A stretch of 64,000 nt of DNA from an uncultured Ruminiclostridium sp. Lineage in GTDB: Bacteria > Bacillota > Clostridia > Oscillospirales > Ruminococcaceae. The DNA lies in NCBI GenBank assembly GCA_964602605.1, contig CAZRRT010000001.1, forward strand, positions 16,796 through 80,795, in the 5' to 3' direction. Within the stretch, counting starts at the first letter, position 1, and every line of letters begins with the position of its first letter. The position numbers and the translations under genes are program-made. The notes below the pieces were generated by a model that saw only the letters and a program-made list of their open reading frames with translations, was not told where the DNA came from and ran no database searches. Shown piece by piece: positions 36,370 to 45,927 of this stretch.

Positions 36370-37260
36370 TTATTTCGTTTTCTCCTCTTTTTCAGCTCTT
36401 ACGGCTTCACTGTAAATTCTGCAATAGCTTTCATATCTTGAAGGGCAAATTTTTCCTTCCTCCGCCGCCGCCCTTAATACACAGCCGTCCTCCTTGATAT
36501 GGGCGCAGTTTTTAAATTTGCAGCCTCCCAAATACTCGCCGAATTCTCTGAAATTTTCCGCCAATTCTTTTGAAGGAATTTCACCGTAACGGCTTACCTC
36601 CACGGTAGAAAAGCCCGGAGTATCCCCAATATATGTGTTATCCCCTGTTTTATGCAGCTTAACCTCTCTTGTGGTATGCTTTCCTCTTCCCAATTTTTTA
36701 CTGATTTCACAAGTCTTATGAAATACTGCGGGAGCTATATAATTCATAAGGCTGGATTTTCCCACTCCCGAGTTGCCTATTAGGGCGGAGGTTTTTCCTT
36801 TTAGATAGCGGGAAACTTGATCTGCGCCTTTTCCGTTGGTATTATCCACCAAAAAGGTTTTGTAGCCTATACTGTTGTAAATTTGCGAAAAAGCCTCTGC
36901 GTCCGCACGGTCGATTTTGGTAAAAACAAACACCGTTTCTATTTGCTTGCTTTCAAATATGGCGGCAAGCTTATCCAAAATCAAGGCGTTGGGCTTAGGC
37001 TCGCAGGAGGAAACCACTAACACAGCTAAATCCAAATTGGCAAGCGGAGGTCTTACTATGTAGTTTTTCCGCTGCATAATGTCGATTATTACGGCGTCGG
37101 AATTTTCTTCAAGCAGAAGATTGACATAATCTCCCGTTACAGGCTTTATGCCCTTTTGACGAAACACTCCTCTTGATTTGGCGGGAATAATTTCTCCCTT
37201 ATATTCCACCGAATATAAGCCGTTTGACACGCCTAATATTCTTGCCTTTTTTTCTTCCAA
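36370..37260 (-). CDS. rsgA: ribosome small-subunit-dependent GTPase A
   Basis: Circularly permuted GTPase motifs (TKID .. GNSGVGKSS .. DTPG) and a C-terminal zinc knuckle CKFKNCAHIKEDGC. Confidence 0.9.
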   Translation of the reverse strand: MEEKKARILGVSNGLYSVEYKGEIIPAKSRGVFRQKGIKPVTGDYVNLLLEENSDAVIIDIMQRKNYIVRPPLANLDLAVLVVSSCEPKPNALILDKLAAIFESKQIETVFVFTKIDRADAEAFSQIYNSIGYKTFLVDNTNGKGADQVSRYLKGKTSALIGNSGVGKSSLMNYIAPAVFHKTCEISKKLGRGKHTTREVKLHKTGDNTYIGDTPGFSTVEVSRYGEIPSKELAENFREFGEYLGGCKFKNCAHIKEDGCVLRAAAEEGKICPSRYESYCRIYSEAVRAEKEEKTK

Positions 37261-37320
37261 ATTCTCACCTCTTGTAAATCAGCTTGAAAATCAGTTTGCA
37301 ATCGTCTTTTAATCGGAATT

Positions 37321-37357
37321 TAAAACTATGAGAGCCGCTATATTGCAGCTCCCATAG
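37321..37357 (-). terminator. possible terminator/attenuator between prkC and rsgA
   Basis: Stem CTATGAGAGC / GCTCCCATAG (one G-U pair). TTTTAAATT follows on the minus strand. Confidence 0.4.
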
Positions 37358-37435
37358 AATTTAATATTGTTTTGTACCGTCTTGATTTCAAATAATTGTA
37401 ACAAATTTTAAAATGCCGTGCTGAGCTTAAATTTG

Positions 37436-39679
37436 TTAAGGTGCAGTTGTGATAGGAGTTACTTCCGACGGCAGTGTAGGCAAGGGTGCAGGAGCCTGCG
37501 TTTGAGTAGCGGGAGGCTCGGTTGCAGGCGGAAGAGTGGGTGCGGGAGTGGTATGGGCGGCGGTTGTAACCTGAGGAGTTAAGTCGGAAAATACATTTTC
37601 GTTAAACTCCTTCGTATTTGTTTCAATAGGATCTTTGGTAAAGTCTATTTCAAGCTCGATAAGCGTCTTTCTTTCGCCTGTTTCGGGATTTTCTACCGTA
37701 ATGATTGCAGTTTGAACGCCGCTTCCCTTTATTGTCCACTTTATTTCCTTGCTTAATGCTATATTTCGGGTTTCGACCATATTCGGATCAAGTATGCCGT
37801 CGATATAGTATCTGAATACAAATTCTCCCTGTGCGCTTCCCGAAAGAGCCAAGCTCAGGTTATATTCCTTATCTACGTTTTCTATTTCGCCGTTGGAAAC
37901 TATAACGGTTACCACGGTTTGCTTCTCAACCTTTTCATTTGGTTCAATGCTTTGGCTGATGACCTTTCCCTTGTCTACAGGCTTATCCGAGGGGCTGGGA
38001 CCGTATTCCACAAGCAGAACAATATCGTTTCTTTCCGCATTCTGGCGAGCGGTGTATTCGGTAAGTCCTTTGAAATCAGGAACATAGGTTAATGTGGGAG
38101 AAGGACCTTGACTTACAAAAATGATTACCTTTGTTCCCACCTGAGCTCTTTCTCTTGCAGGAGGATCGGTTCTAATTACATAGCTGTAGGGGATAGTTTC
38201 GTCCTCGTCCCATACCACTTCTGTTTCAAAGCCCTGATTTCTGAGCTGTGTTACCGCCTCGTCCTTGGGACGTGACTTAAACTCGTCAATCTCCTCCATT
38301 TTAGGTCCTAAGCTTATGGTAAGAGAAATCTGCTGAGTGGATTTAATTGTAGTGCCTGCTCCAATGCTTTGATTGATAACCTGATCCTTCGGTTCGGTGC
38401 TGTTTTCGTGAGTAAATCTAAGGTTAAACTGATCGCCGTACTGTTCCTTAACCTGATCCTCGGTCATACCCATAAATGTGGGAACGGTAACTTCTTTTGA
38501 AATCTGCTGACTTGGTCCGGGAACATTGGGATTTCCGCCAACAGTATCGCTTACCAACTTATAAACCACTATTGCCGCCACAATAACGAATACCGCAGTA
38601 GCCGCAAATAATATGGAAAGCAGTGGAGAGCGGCGGGGAGCGACCTCGTCGTCCTCGTAATCTGCCTCCTCGCCGTTCTCTCCCTCCTCGCTTGAATTAT
38701 CGATGTCGGAGATAGCATAGCCTTTTTTTATTTCGCCGCTTTTTTCGGCGGGAGAATTTTTTGCCTGCTTTGTATCAGGCGTTACCTTGTCAAAATACTT
38801 GGTAGTGCCGTCTGCCGAAAAATATTTATATTCAAAGACAATACTTGGGTTTTGCTTAAATTCTTCAATATCCTTCATCATTTCGCCTGCGGTCTGATAA
38901 CGCTTTGAAGGCTCCTTCTGCATTGCCTTTTCCGTAATTTCCTCCAAGCCTTCGGGAATCGAATTATTTATTTCGGACATTTTCTTCGGTGTGGACTGCA
39001 TATGCAAAAGTGCGATAGCAATGGGATCGTTGCCGTCAAAAGGCTTTTTTCCCGTCAGCATTTCATACATCATAACGCCCAAGGAATAAATATCGCTGCG
39101 CTCGTCGGTAACGTCCCCTTTCGCCTGTTCGGGGCTGATGTAATGCACCGAGCCGATTGCTTTTTCGGAAACGGTTTTGTCGGTTTCTCTGTTAAAACGG
39201 GCAATGCCGAAATCCATCACCTTTATTGTGCCGTCTGAAAGCAGCATAACGTTTTGCGGCTTAATGTCACGGTGAACAATTCCTCTGTCGTGGGCGTGCT
39301 GAAGTGCTTTTAAGATTTGCAGAGTGAAGGATACCACGTCCTTCCACTTTAAAACGCCCTCCTTAGCGATATAATCGGTTAAGGTTATGCCGTCGATATA
39401 CTCCATTACAATGAATTGGAGCTTTTCCGTAAAGCCCACGTCGTATATCTTTACAATGTTTGGGTGAGAAAGGAGGGCAATCGCCTTGGATTCATTTCTG
39501 AATCTGCGGATAAAATCCTCGCTGCCCACATACTCGTTTTTGAGAATTTTAACAGCGACAATTCTATCCTCGGTTATATCTCGGGCTTTATATATATCTG
39601 CCATTCCCCCAACACCGATAAGCTCTATCAGCTCGTATCTGCCGTCAAGCTTTTTTCCGATATTATTGTCCATACACAT
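37436..39679 (-). CDS. prkC: Ser/Thr protein kinase with PASTA repeats (PrkC/Stk1-like)
   Basis: Kinase motifs GVGGMADIYKA, HRDIKPQN and DFG. TM segment, then PASTA-like repeats and a P/T-rich tail. Three in-frame ATGs at 39688/39679/39673; the track ORF extends to 39829. Confidence 0.9.
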   Translation of the reverse strand: MCMDNNIGKKLDGRYELIELIGVGGMADIYKARDITEDRIVAVKILKNEYVGSEDFIRRFRNESKAIALLSHPNIVKIYDVGFTEKLQFIVMEYIDGITLTDYIAKEGVLKWKDVVSFTLQILKALQHAHDRGIVHRDIKPQNVMLLSDGTIKVMDFGIARFNRETDKTVSEKAIGSVHYISPEQAKGDVTDERSDIYSLGVMMYEMLTGKKPFDGNDPIAIALLHMQSTPKKMSEINNSIPEGLEEITEKAMQKEPSKRYQTAGEMMKDIEEFKQNPSIVFEYKYFSADGTTKYFDKVTPDTKQAKNSPAEKSGEIKKGYAISDIDNSSEEGENGEEADYEDDEVAPRRSPLLSILFAATAVFVIVAAIVVYKLVSDTVGGNPNVPGPSQQISKEVTVPTFMGMTEDQVKEQYGDQFNLRFTHENSTEPKDQVINQSIGAGTTIKSTQQISLTISLGPKMEEIDEFKSRPKDEAVTQLRNQGFETEVVWDEDETIPYSYVIRTDPPARERAQVGTKVIIFVSQGPSPTLTYVPDFKGLTEYTARQNAERNDIVLLVEYGPSPSDKPVDKGKVISQSIEPNEKVEKQTVVTVIVSNGEIENVDKEYNLSLALSGSAQGEFVFRYYIDGILDPNMVETRNIALSKEIKWTIKGSGVQTAIITVENPETGERKTLIELEIDFTKDPIETNTKEFNENVFSDLTPQVTTAAHTTPAPTLPPATEPPATQTQAPAPLPTLPSEVTPITTAP

Positions 39680-39947
39680 ATCCGCCATTTCTCCGCACTG
39701 TTGTTTTTTAGCGTGTTTATAGTGAACCTCAAATATAATTTGACATTCACTATAAAGTCTTATTTTAAATGCCTCGCACATACGTTCGCTTTGCTCACTC
39801 CGTGCGTATCGGCAAATAGTAAACGCCAAATGAAATTGTCGTTTACTACATCTGAAAATATATGCTTCTTGTGCGGCGGGAAGCGTATATTTTAATTATC
39901 TGTATTATCTGTATTATATGTATTAGCTGTACATTAAAACCACAATC

Positions 39948-40682
39948 TCAGCATTTAGCCAGTGCCACGGTAACGTTATCCCTTCCGCCGTTGGCAAGCG
40001 CATAATCTATCAGCAAATCACAGCATTTGGAAACAGGATTGTTGATTATTATGCCTGCTATTTCCGCATCATCTCCGTAACCGTGAAGCCCGTCGGAGCA
40101 TAGCAGAAGATATTGTCCTTCATCTAAATCTATTTCAAAGTAGTCGGGGGTTATATCGCTTAACGCACCTACCGCACGGGTGATAAAATTTCGGCGGGGG
40201 TGGGTTTTGCTTTCCTCCTCGGTGATTTTTCCCTGCTCGATAAGCCGCCGTATTTGAGTGTGATCCTTGGTGACCTGCTGCATACTTTCGCCGAAAATAT
40301 GATAGCATCTGCTGTCCCCAACGTTAATTATGTACGCTCGGTTGTCGTATATTATCGCCGCCACACAGGTAGTTCCCATACCCTTTTTGTCAGGCTCTGC
40401 CTTTGCTCTGTCGTAAACAAGGCTGTTGGCTGCGGTAACGGAGGTTATCAGCAGATTTCGGATAAAATTTCGGTTATTGCTTAATCTGAATCCGCCGGTT
40501 ATTCTTTCCTTAATCAAATCTATGGTCATTTGGCTTGCCACGCTGCCTGCGTTTTCTCCGCCCATTCCGTCGCACACCGCCATTACAACGGCTTCATCGT
40601 GTTCTCCCAAGTAGCTTACCCAAACCCTGTCCTGATTTTCATTTCTTATAAGACCAATATCGGTCTTGCAAAAGAATTTCAA
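39948..40682 (-). CDS. stp: PP2C-family Ser/Thr phosphatase (Stp)
   Basis: Motifs DGMGG, VGDSR and CSDGL. TTG start. Conserved position upstream of prkC. Confidence 0.9.
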   Translation of the reverse strand: MKFFCKTDIGLIRNENQDRVWVSYLGEHDEAVVMAVCDGMGGENAGSVASQMTIDLIKERITGGFRLSNNRNFIRNLLITSVTAANSLVYDRAKAEPDKKGMGTTCVAAIIYDNRAYIINVGDSRCYHIFGESMQQVTKDHTQIRRLIEQGKITEEESKTHPRRNFITRAVGALSDITPDYFEIDLDEGQYLLLCSDGLHGYGDDAEIAGIIINNPVSKCCDLLIDYALANGGRDNVTVALAKC

Positions 40683-40751
40683 TTTATTTTCTCCTTAGTA
40701 TTAAGCGTTATTTTCAGCTTACTCCACACAATTTGCAATAATTGCGGGGCG

Positions 40752-41378
40752 CTACCTTAATCTTTTCTTTCTTTTTTCAAAAATAAACCAATAATCAAGC
40801 TGTAAAAAATCTCTTCCGTAAAAATATATTCTGATCTGACCGTCATTTTTGCCTGCAAACAGCCTTCCTTTTGCGGACAAGGGACAGCTGCGAATATTCT
40901 TTAAAATTCTCCTGCCGTAATTATCCACAAATCTTTGGCTCATACCCCAATTCCCTTCAAAATAAGGCTCCTGCCAATTATTAAAGGTTAATCTTTTCGG
41001 CTCGTAATCCTTATACATTTGAACAACCTTATCATACGCCGCCTTTAATTCGGACATAGTATGGGGTTTTTGGGAGAAAGTGAATTTTTCTTTCTTTTCC
41101 CCAATCTCATCTGCGTTTGAAATCATCTCCCAAAAGGAAAGTCCCGTTATATCGCCCAAGCTTTTGGTAACTACGCCGTAATCCATATACATTTTAAATT
41201 CTTCGTCGTCAAAATCAGGCTCGGAGTCATAGAAATTCTCGCACAGCTCCACAATATAGTAATGATTGAAAAGTCGGTTGATAAATCTGTTTGACAGCTT
41301 TTGATAGGAAAAAACAAAGCCCGCTTCCCTATCGCTTTTAAGCTCCTTATCTATAAGAATCTTATCCAACTTTATCAT
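40752..41378 (-). CDS. hypothetical 208-aa cytoplasmic protein
   Basis: Clean ORF between rlmN and stp. No motif recognised. Confidence 0.5.
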   Translation of the reverse strand: MIKLDKILIDKELKSDREAGFVFSYQKLSNRFINRLFNHYYIVELCENFYDSEPDFDDEEFKMYMDYGVVTKSLGDITGLSFWEMISNADEIGEKKEKFTFSQKPHTMSELKAAYDKVVQMYKDYEPKRLTFNNWQEPYFEGNWGMSQRFVDNYGRRILKNIRSCPLSAKGRLFAGKNDGQIRIYFYGRDFLQLDYWFIFEKRKKRLR

Positions 41379-41398
41379 AGCTTCTCCTTATCGGCTTT

Positions 41399-42424
41399 TC
41401 AAATGTTATCTCGTCTAAGCTGACCGCAGGCGGCTTCAATATCCGCACCCAAGGTTCTTCTTACCGTTGCGTTCAGTCCTCCCTCCAAAAGTGCGTTTTT
41501 AAAGCTCTCCACAAAATCGCTTTTTTTGTAATCGCCCTCTCTTATTTCGTTTATTGGAATAAGATTTACGTGGCACACTCCCAACGGCTTTAAAAGGCAT
41601 ATCAGCTCCTTTGCGGTGTTTAAATCGTCGTTAACTCCTTTAATAAGGGAAAATTCAAAGCTGATTCGCCTGCCTGTGGCTTTAAAATAATCGTCGCAGG
41701 CTTTTATAAGCTGATTCACGGGGTATTTTTGATTTATGGGCATTATCATATTCCGCTTTTGATCGGTTGGTGCGTGAAGAGAAATTGAAAGGGTAAGCCC
41801 CAGCTTCATTTCCGCCAATTTGTAAATCTTATCCACCAATCCGCAGGTAGAAAGGGATATATGTCTAAGGCTCATATTCCTGCCGTTTTTGTCAGACAGA
41901 ATATTTAAAAAGCATATTACGTTGTCAAAATTATCCAGCGGCTCGCCTATTCCCATAAGCACAACCGAATCCACCTGTCTGCCGCTGTCTAACTCGGTTT
42001 CGTAAATTTGAAGCAGTATTTCCGACGGCAAAAGGTTTCTCACAAAGCCCGCCTTGGTGGAAGCGCAGAATTTGCAGCCCATTTTGCAGCCTACCTGAGT
42101 AGACAGACAAATGCTGTTTCCGTGGTGATATTCCATAAGCACGGTTTCCACTTTATTTCCGTCAGGCAATACATATAGATATTTTACAGTATTATCTATG
42201 TTTGATACAAGTCTTTTTTGAATTTTCAGTGAATTTATATAAAAATTTTCTTCTAACAAGGCTCTTGTTTGTGCAGAAATATTAGTCATTTGCCGGAAGC
42301 TTTTCACCTTTTTATCATGAAGCCATTGAAACACCTGTAATGCACGGTACTTTTTTTCACCGATTTGTAATAATTTCTCTTGAAGCTCCTCAAAGCCGAG
42401 TGAAAGAATGTCGATTTTTTCCAT
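41399..42424 (-). CDS. rlmN: 23S rRNA/tRNA (adenine-C2)-methyltransferase, radical SAM
   Basis: Radical-SAM cluster motif CKMGCKFC, and GIGEP. 341 aa. Confidence 0.92.
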   Translation of the reverse strand: MEKIDILSLGFEELQEKLLQIGEKKYRALQVFQWLHDKKVKSFRQMTNISAQTRALLEENFYINSLKIQKRLVSNIDNTVKYLYVLPDGNKVETVLMEYHHGNSICLSTQVGCKMGCKFCASTKAGFVRNLLPSEILLQIYETELDSGRQVDSVVLMGIGEPLDNFDNVICFLNILSDKNGRNMSLRHISLSTCGLVDKIYKLAEMKLGLTLSISLHAPTDQKRNMIMPINQKYPVNQLIKACDDYFKATGRRISFEFSLIKGVNDDLNTAKELICLLKPLGVCHVNLIPINEIREGDYKKSDFVESFKNALLEGGLNATVRRTLGADIEAACGQLRRDNI

Positions 42425-42571
42425 AATATCTCCGAATTTTCGCCGTAATACTGATTGTTAATATAACTATAGACAAGCAGTATAATAATCAGTTGAATAA
42501 CAGCCTGTTGTTATTTTCAAAAAGCAGCAGATTTACTTGCCTTTGGGCAAAGCAGCAATATAAAACATCAG

Positions 42572-43876
42572 CTATTTAACACGTCTTAACGTTGCCGCAA
42601 AAAATCCGTCGCCGCCTGTTGTACCCGGCAAAAATGTTCTCATATAGCTATCCTCTATACCGTTAATTCCAAGTGGGATAACGGCGGGGGAAAAATTGGG
42701 ATTGCTCTGCAAAAAGCTTGCCACCACCTGCTGATTTTCTTCCGTATTAAGAGTGCAGGTGGAGTAAATCAAAGTGCCGCCTACCTTTACGTATTTTGAA
42801 GAGGTTTCCAGAATGTGTTTTTGCACTATTGGCAGATCCTCTATGTTTTTCATTTCCTTGTATTTAATTTCGGGCTTGCGGCGGATAACTCCAAGTCCCG
42901 AACAAACCGTATCGCACAACACCTTGTCCGCCATAGGAATACGGGGATTGTAAACAGTGGCGTCGTTTACCGCAGCTTCTATAATGGACAGACCCAACCT
43001 CTCTGCTCCGTTGTTTATCATAGAAACCTTGCCGTCGTAAAAATCAAAGCTGTACAGCTTTCCTCTGTTCGCCATCATCTCCGCCATAGTAAAGGTTTTC
43101 CCTCCGGGAGCTGCACAAACGTCTATCACCGTTTCGTTAAAGGCGGGCTTTGCCACCCGACAGCATAATTGAGATGAAATATCCTGCACGTGAAAAAGTC
43201 CTTTGCGGTAAGCGGCAGTACCTTCTATCTGACGTATGTTTCCAAGCTCCAAGCAGTCGTCCAAAAGGGGGTTTTTCCTCGCCTCTATCTTTTCCTTTGC
43301 AAATTCCGCTATAAGGGTGTCGGCGGTGCATTTTACGGTATTAACCCTAACATACAAGGGCGGTCTTCCAAAGCTGTCCTTTAATATTTCAACAGTTTTT
43401 TCCTCGCCGAACATTCCCACCCATTTTTTAATTATCCACTTTGGGCAGGAGTATTCTATAGACATTTTCGCAACGCCTTCCAAATCCTTATAGTCGATTT
43501 TTCTTTCATCTCGGAGAAAGCTGCGTAAAATTCCGTTTACAAAGCCTTTTCTTCTTTGAGAAGCCAAGTTTACCGATTCGTTTACCGCTGCGCTTTCGGG
43601 AACGGCGGTGTATAACAGCTGATACAGTCCCATTCTGAGAATTTGAAGTACGTCCGTATCCATTTTATCAAATTCCACCGAGGAATAAAGTCGAATTATG
43701 TAATCGAGAGTCATTTTCCTTTCAATGACTCCGTAAAAAAGCATTGCGGCAAAGGCTCTGTCCCTGTTGGAAAGCTTTTCTCTCGAAAAAGTGTTGTCAA
43801 GAAGTATATTTGAATATGCGCCGCTTTCCTGCATACGAACAAGCAGCTCCAAAACGGTTTGCCTTGCAGTTTTCAT
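42572..43876 (-). CDS. rsmB: 16S rRNA (cytosine967-C5)-methyltransferase
   Basis: NusB-like N-terminal domain. SAM motif DVCAAPGGKT and catalytic Cys region (DTVCSGLG). Confidence 0.9.
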   Translation of the reverse strand: MKTARQTVLELLVRMQESGAYSNILLDNTFSREKLSNRDRAFAAMLFYGVIERKMTLDYIIRLYSSVEFDKMDTDVLQILRMGLYQLLYTAVPESAAVNESVNLASQRRKGFVNGILRSFLRDERKIDYKDLEGVAKMSIEYSCPKWIIKKWVGMFGEEKTVEILKDSFGRPPLYVRVNTVKCTADTLIAEFAKEKIEARKNPLLDDCLELGNIRQIEGTAAYRKGLFHVQDISSQLCCRVAKPAFNETVIDVCAAPGGKTFTMAEMMANRGKLYSFDFYDGKVSMINNGAERLGLSIIEAAVNDATVYNPRIPMADKVLCDTVCSGLGVIRRKPEIKYKEMKNIEDLPIVQKHILETSSKYVKVGGTLIYSTCTLNTEENQQVVASFLQSNPNFSPAVIPLGINGIEDSYMRTFLPGTTGGDGFFAATLRRVK

Positions 43877-44100
43877 AAGTGTTTACCTTTCTTTTGCACC
43901 CTTTTTATTTATAAAACGCTCCGCTAAGATTTGTCCCTTCTCTTATAGGCTCTTAAAGTCGGATTTCATCTTAGTTTCAGCGGGTATAAGCCTCAATTAA
44001 GCTGTAAATTGTTTAAAAATAGAAAGCTTGTTTTAGCTATGCCGAATTGCCGAAAAACTTAATATGAATTTTTTGACAAACGGTATAAGCTTCTCCTTAA

Positions 44101-44796
44101 TCAATCTCTGCGGTTTGAAATTGCAAGCAGACGGATAAGCTGAGTCAGCGCCACCATAAGTCCCGCTACATAAGTCATAGCTGCGGCTTTTAAGGTTTTT
44201 CTTGCGCCGCCTATTTCGTCCTGCTCCAAAAGCCGCTGTCCGCTTATAACATTTAAGGCTCTTCTGCTTGCGTCAAATTCCACAGGAAGTGTAAGAATCT
44301 GGAACAGCACCACGCAGGCGAACAAAAGAATGCCTATCTCAACCAAAAACGAAACTCCCATAAACATACCCAACAAAAACAGTATGATCCAGCCCTTTGA
44401 GCCGATTTGCGCTATAGGCACAAAGAAAGAGCGCAGCTTTATGGGAAAGTAATTGGTATTGTGCTGAACGGCGTGTCCGCATTCGTGAGCCGCCACTCCT
44501 ATTGCTGCCACAGAGGTACTGTAAAAGGTGGAATCGGACAGTGCAACCTCGTTGGAGCGGGGGTCAAAGTGGTCGGTGAGATTGCCGTCAATATGCCTTA
44601 CCGTTATATGCTGAAGTCCGTAGCTGTCAAGTATTGCTCTTGCGATAACGTTGGCGGGTACATTATTTCTGCTGTACACCTGACTGTATTTTTTAAAAGT
44701 GGATTGCAGCTTAAACTGAATAACATAGGAAAACACAACTGCCGCTATTACTAAAAAATAAGCTGCTGTGGGATTGTGAGTGAAAAAATCAAGCAT
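44101..44796 (-). CDS. membrane zinc metallopeptidase (YugP-like, Zn_peptidase_2)
   Basis: HExxH (AHECGHAVQH) plus flanking TM segments. 231 aa. Confidence 0.75.
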   Translation of the reverse strand: MLDFFTHNPTAAYFLVIAAVVFSYVIQFKLQSTFKKYSQVYSRNNVPANVIARAILDSYGLQHITVRHIDGNLTDHFDPRSNEVALSDSTFYSTSVAAIGVAAHECGHAVQHNTNYFPIKLRSFFVPIAQIGSKGWIILFLLGMFMGVSFLVEIGILLFACVVLFQILTLPVEFDASRRALNVISGQRLLEQDEIGGARKTLKAAAMTYVAGLMVALTQLIRLLAISNRRD

Positions 44797-44909
44797 AAAT
44801 TTCTCCTTTCCGTTTTAAACCTAAATCGTTTTTTCATATTTACTTTTTAATTTAAAAGCTTTTTTCTTTATTCAAATTTACCTTACTATATCTAAAATCG
44901 CTTATTATT

Positions 44910-45860
44910 TTACTGTTCCAAACCTAAAACAGTTCCCTCTTTAATTTTTCTGCCTCTTAAAAAATCGCTGTCCTTCATTCTCTTTCCGCCTTCAAGCATT
45001 ATATCCGTAAGTCTTAACGCTCCCTCTCCGCAGGCGACGCAAAGTCCTTCTGCGTTTATAACCGTTCCCGCCGATTTATCAGTAGTTATATCAAGCTTTT
45101 CCCCGAAATACACCTTTAACCGCTTGCCTTCTAAAAAAGTAAAAGCGCAGGGGGAGGAGGAAAGTCCTCTGATCTGATTATATACAGTATCTGCGGATTT
45201 GCTGAAATCTATGCGGCAGTCCTCTTTTTGTATCATACTTGCATAGCAGGTGTTTTCATCTGTTTGAGGAGTTCGGGGGGCGTTTCCCTTTTCTATTCTG
45301 TCAAGAGTTTCTGCAATAAGCCTTGCGCCTGTTTCAGACAGAATATCGTGAAGCTGAGAGGCGGTCATATCATCGGTGATATTAACCTCTTCTTTTAAAA
45401 TCATATCACCTGTGTCAAGCCCCTCCGCCATATACATTGTGGTGACGCCCGTAAGCTTTTCGCCGTTCATAATGCACCTTTGTATGGGAGCTGCTCCTCT
45501 GTATTGAGGCAAAAGAGAGGCGTGAACGTTTACGCAGCCGTGTTTGGGAATATCCAATATTGCTTTCGGCAAAATCTGACCGTATGCCACCACCACGATG
45601 CAGTCGGGATTAAGGCTTTTCAATATTTCCAAGGACCTTTCCCCGTCCTCGCCCTTTCTCAAGGAAACAGGCTGAAACACTTCAATACCGTTTTCCAACG
45701 CACATTCCTTAACGGGCGTCATCTGCATTTTGTGACCTCTGTTTTTCGGCTTGTCGGGCTGAGTAAACACTCCCAAAACATTATGCCCTGCCTTTATTAT
45801 TGATTTTAAGCACGGAACGGAAAAATCAGGCGTTCCCATAAAAACTATATTCAATTTCAA
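44910..45860 (-). CDS. fmt: methionyl-tRNA formyltransferase
   Basis: Motifs FMGTPDFS and HASLLPQYRGAAPIQ. 316 aa. Confidence 0.93.
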   Translation of the reverse strand: MKLNIVFMGTPDFSVPCLKSIIKAGHNVLGVFTQPDKPKNRGHKMQMTPVKECALENGIEVFQPVSLRKGEDGERSLEILKSLNPDCIVVVAYGQILPKAILDIPKHGCVNVHASLLPQYRGAAPIQRCIMNGEKLTGVTTMYMAEGLDTGDMILKEEVNITDDMTASQLHDILSETGARLIAETLDRIEKGNAPRTPQTDENTCYASMIQKEDCRIDFSKSADTVYNQIRGLSSSPCAFTFLEGKRLKVYFGEKLDITTDKSAGTVINAEGLCVACGEGALRLTDIMLEGGKRMKDSDFLRGRKIKEGTVLGLEQ

Positions 45861-45927
45861 TTCCCTTTCTTATATTTCAAATAATATTGTTATTATGAAA
45901 TAATTACATATTTTATTACATTTTACG

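Noticed and set aside
39689-39829. 47-codon N-terminal extension of the PrkC ORF.
   Set aside because: There is no kinase or other recognisable sequence and it starts at TTG. GGAG followed by ATGs at 39688-39673 fits the conserved kinase N-terminus. It remains a formal possibility (see the finding at 39680-39947).
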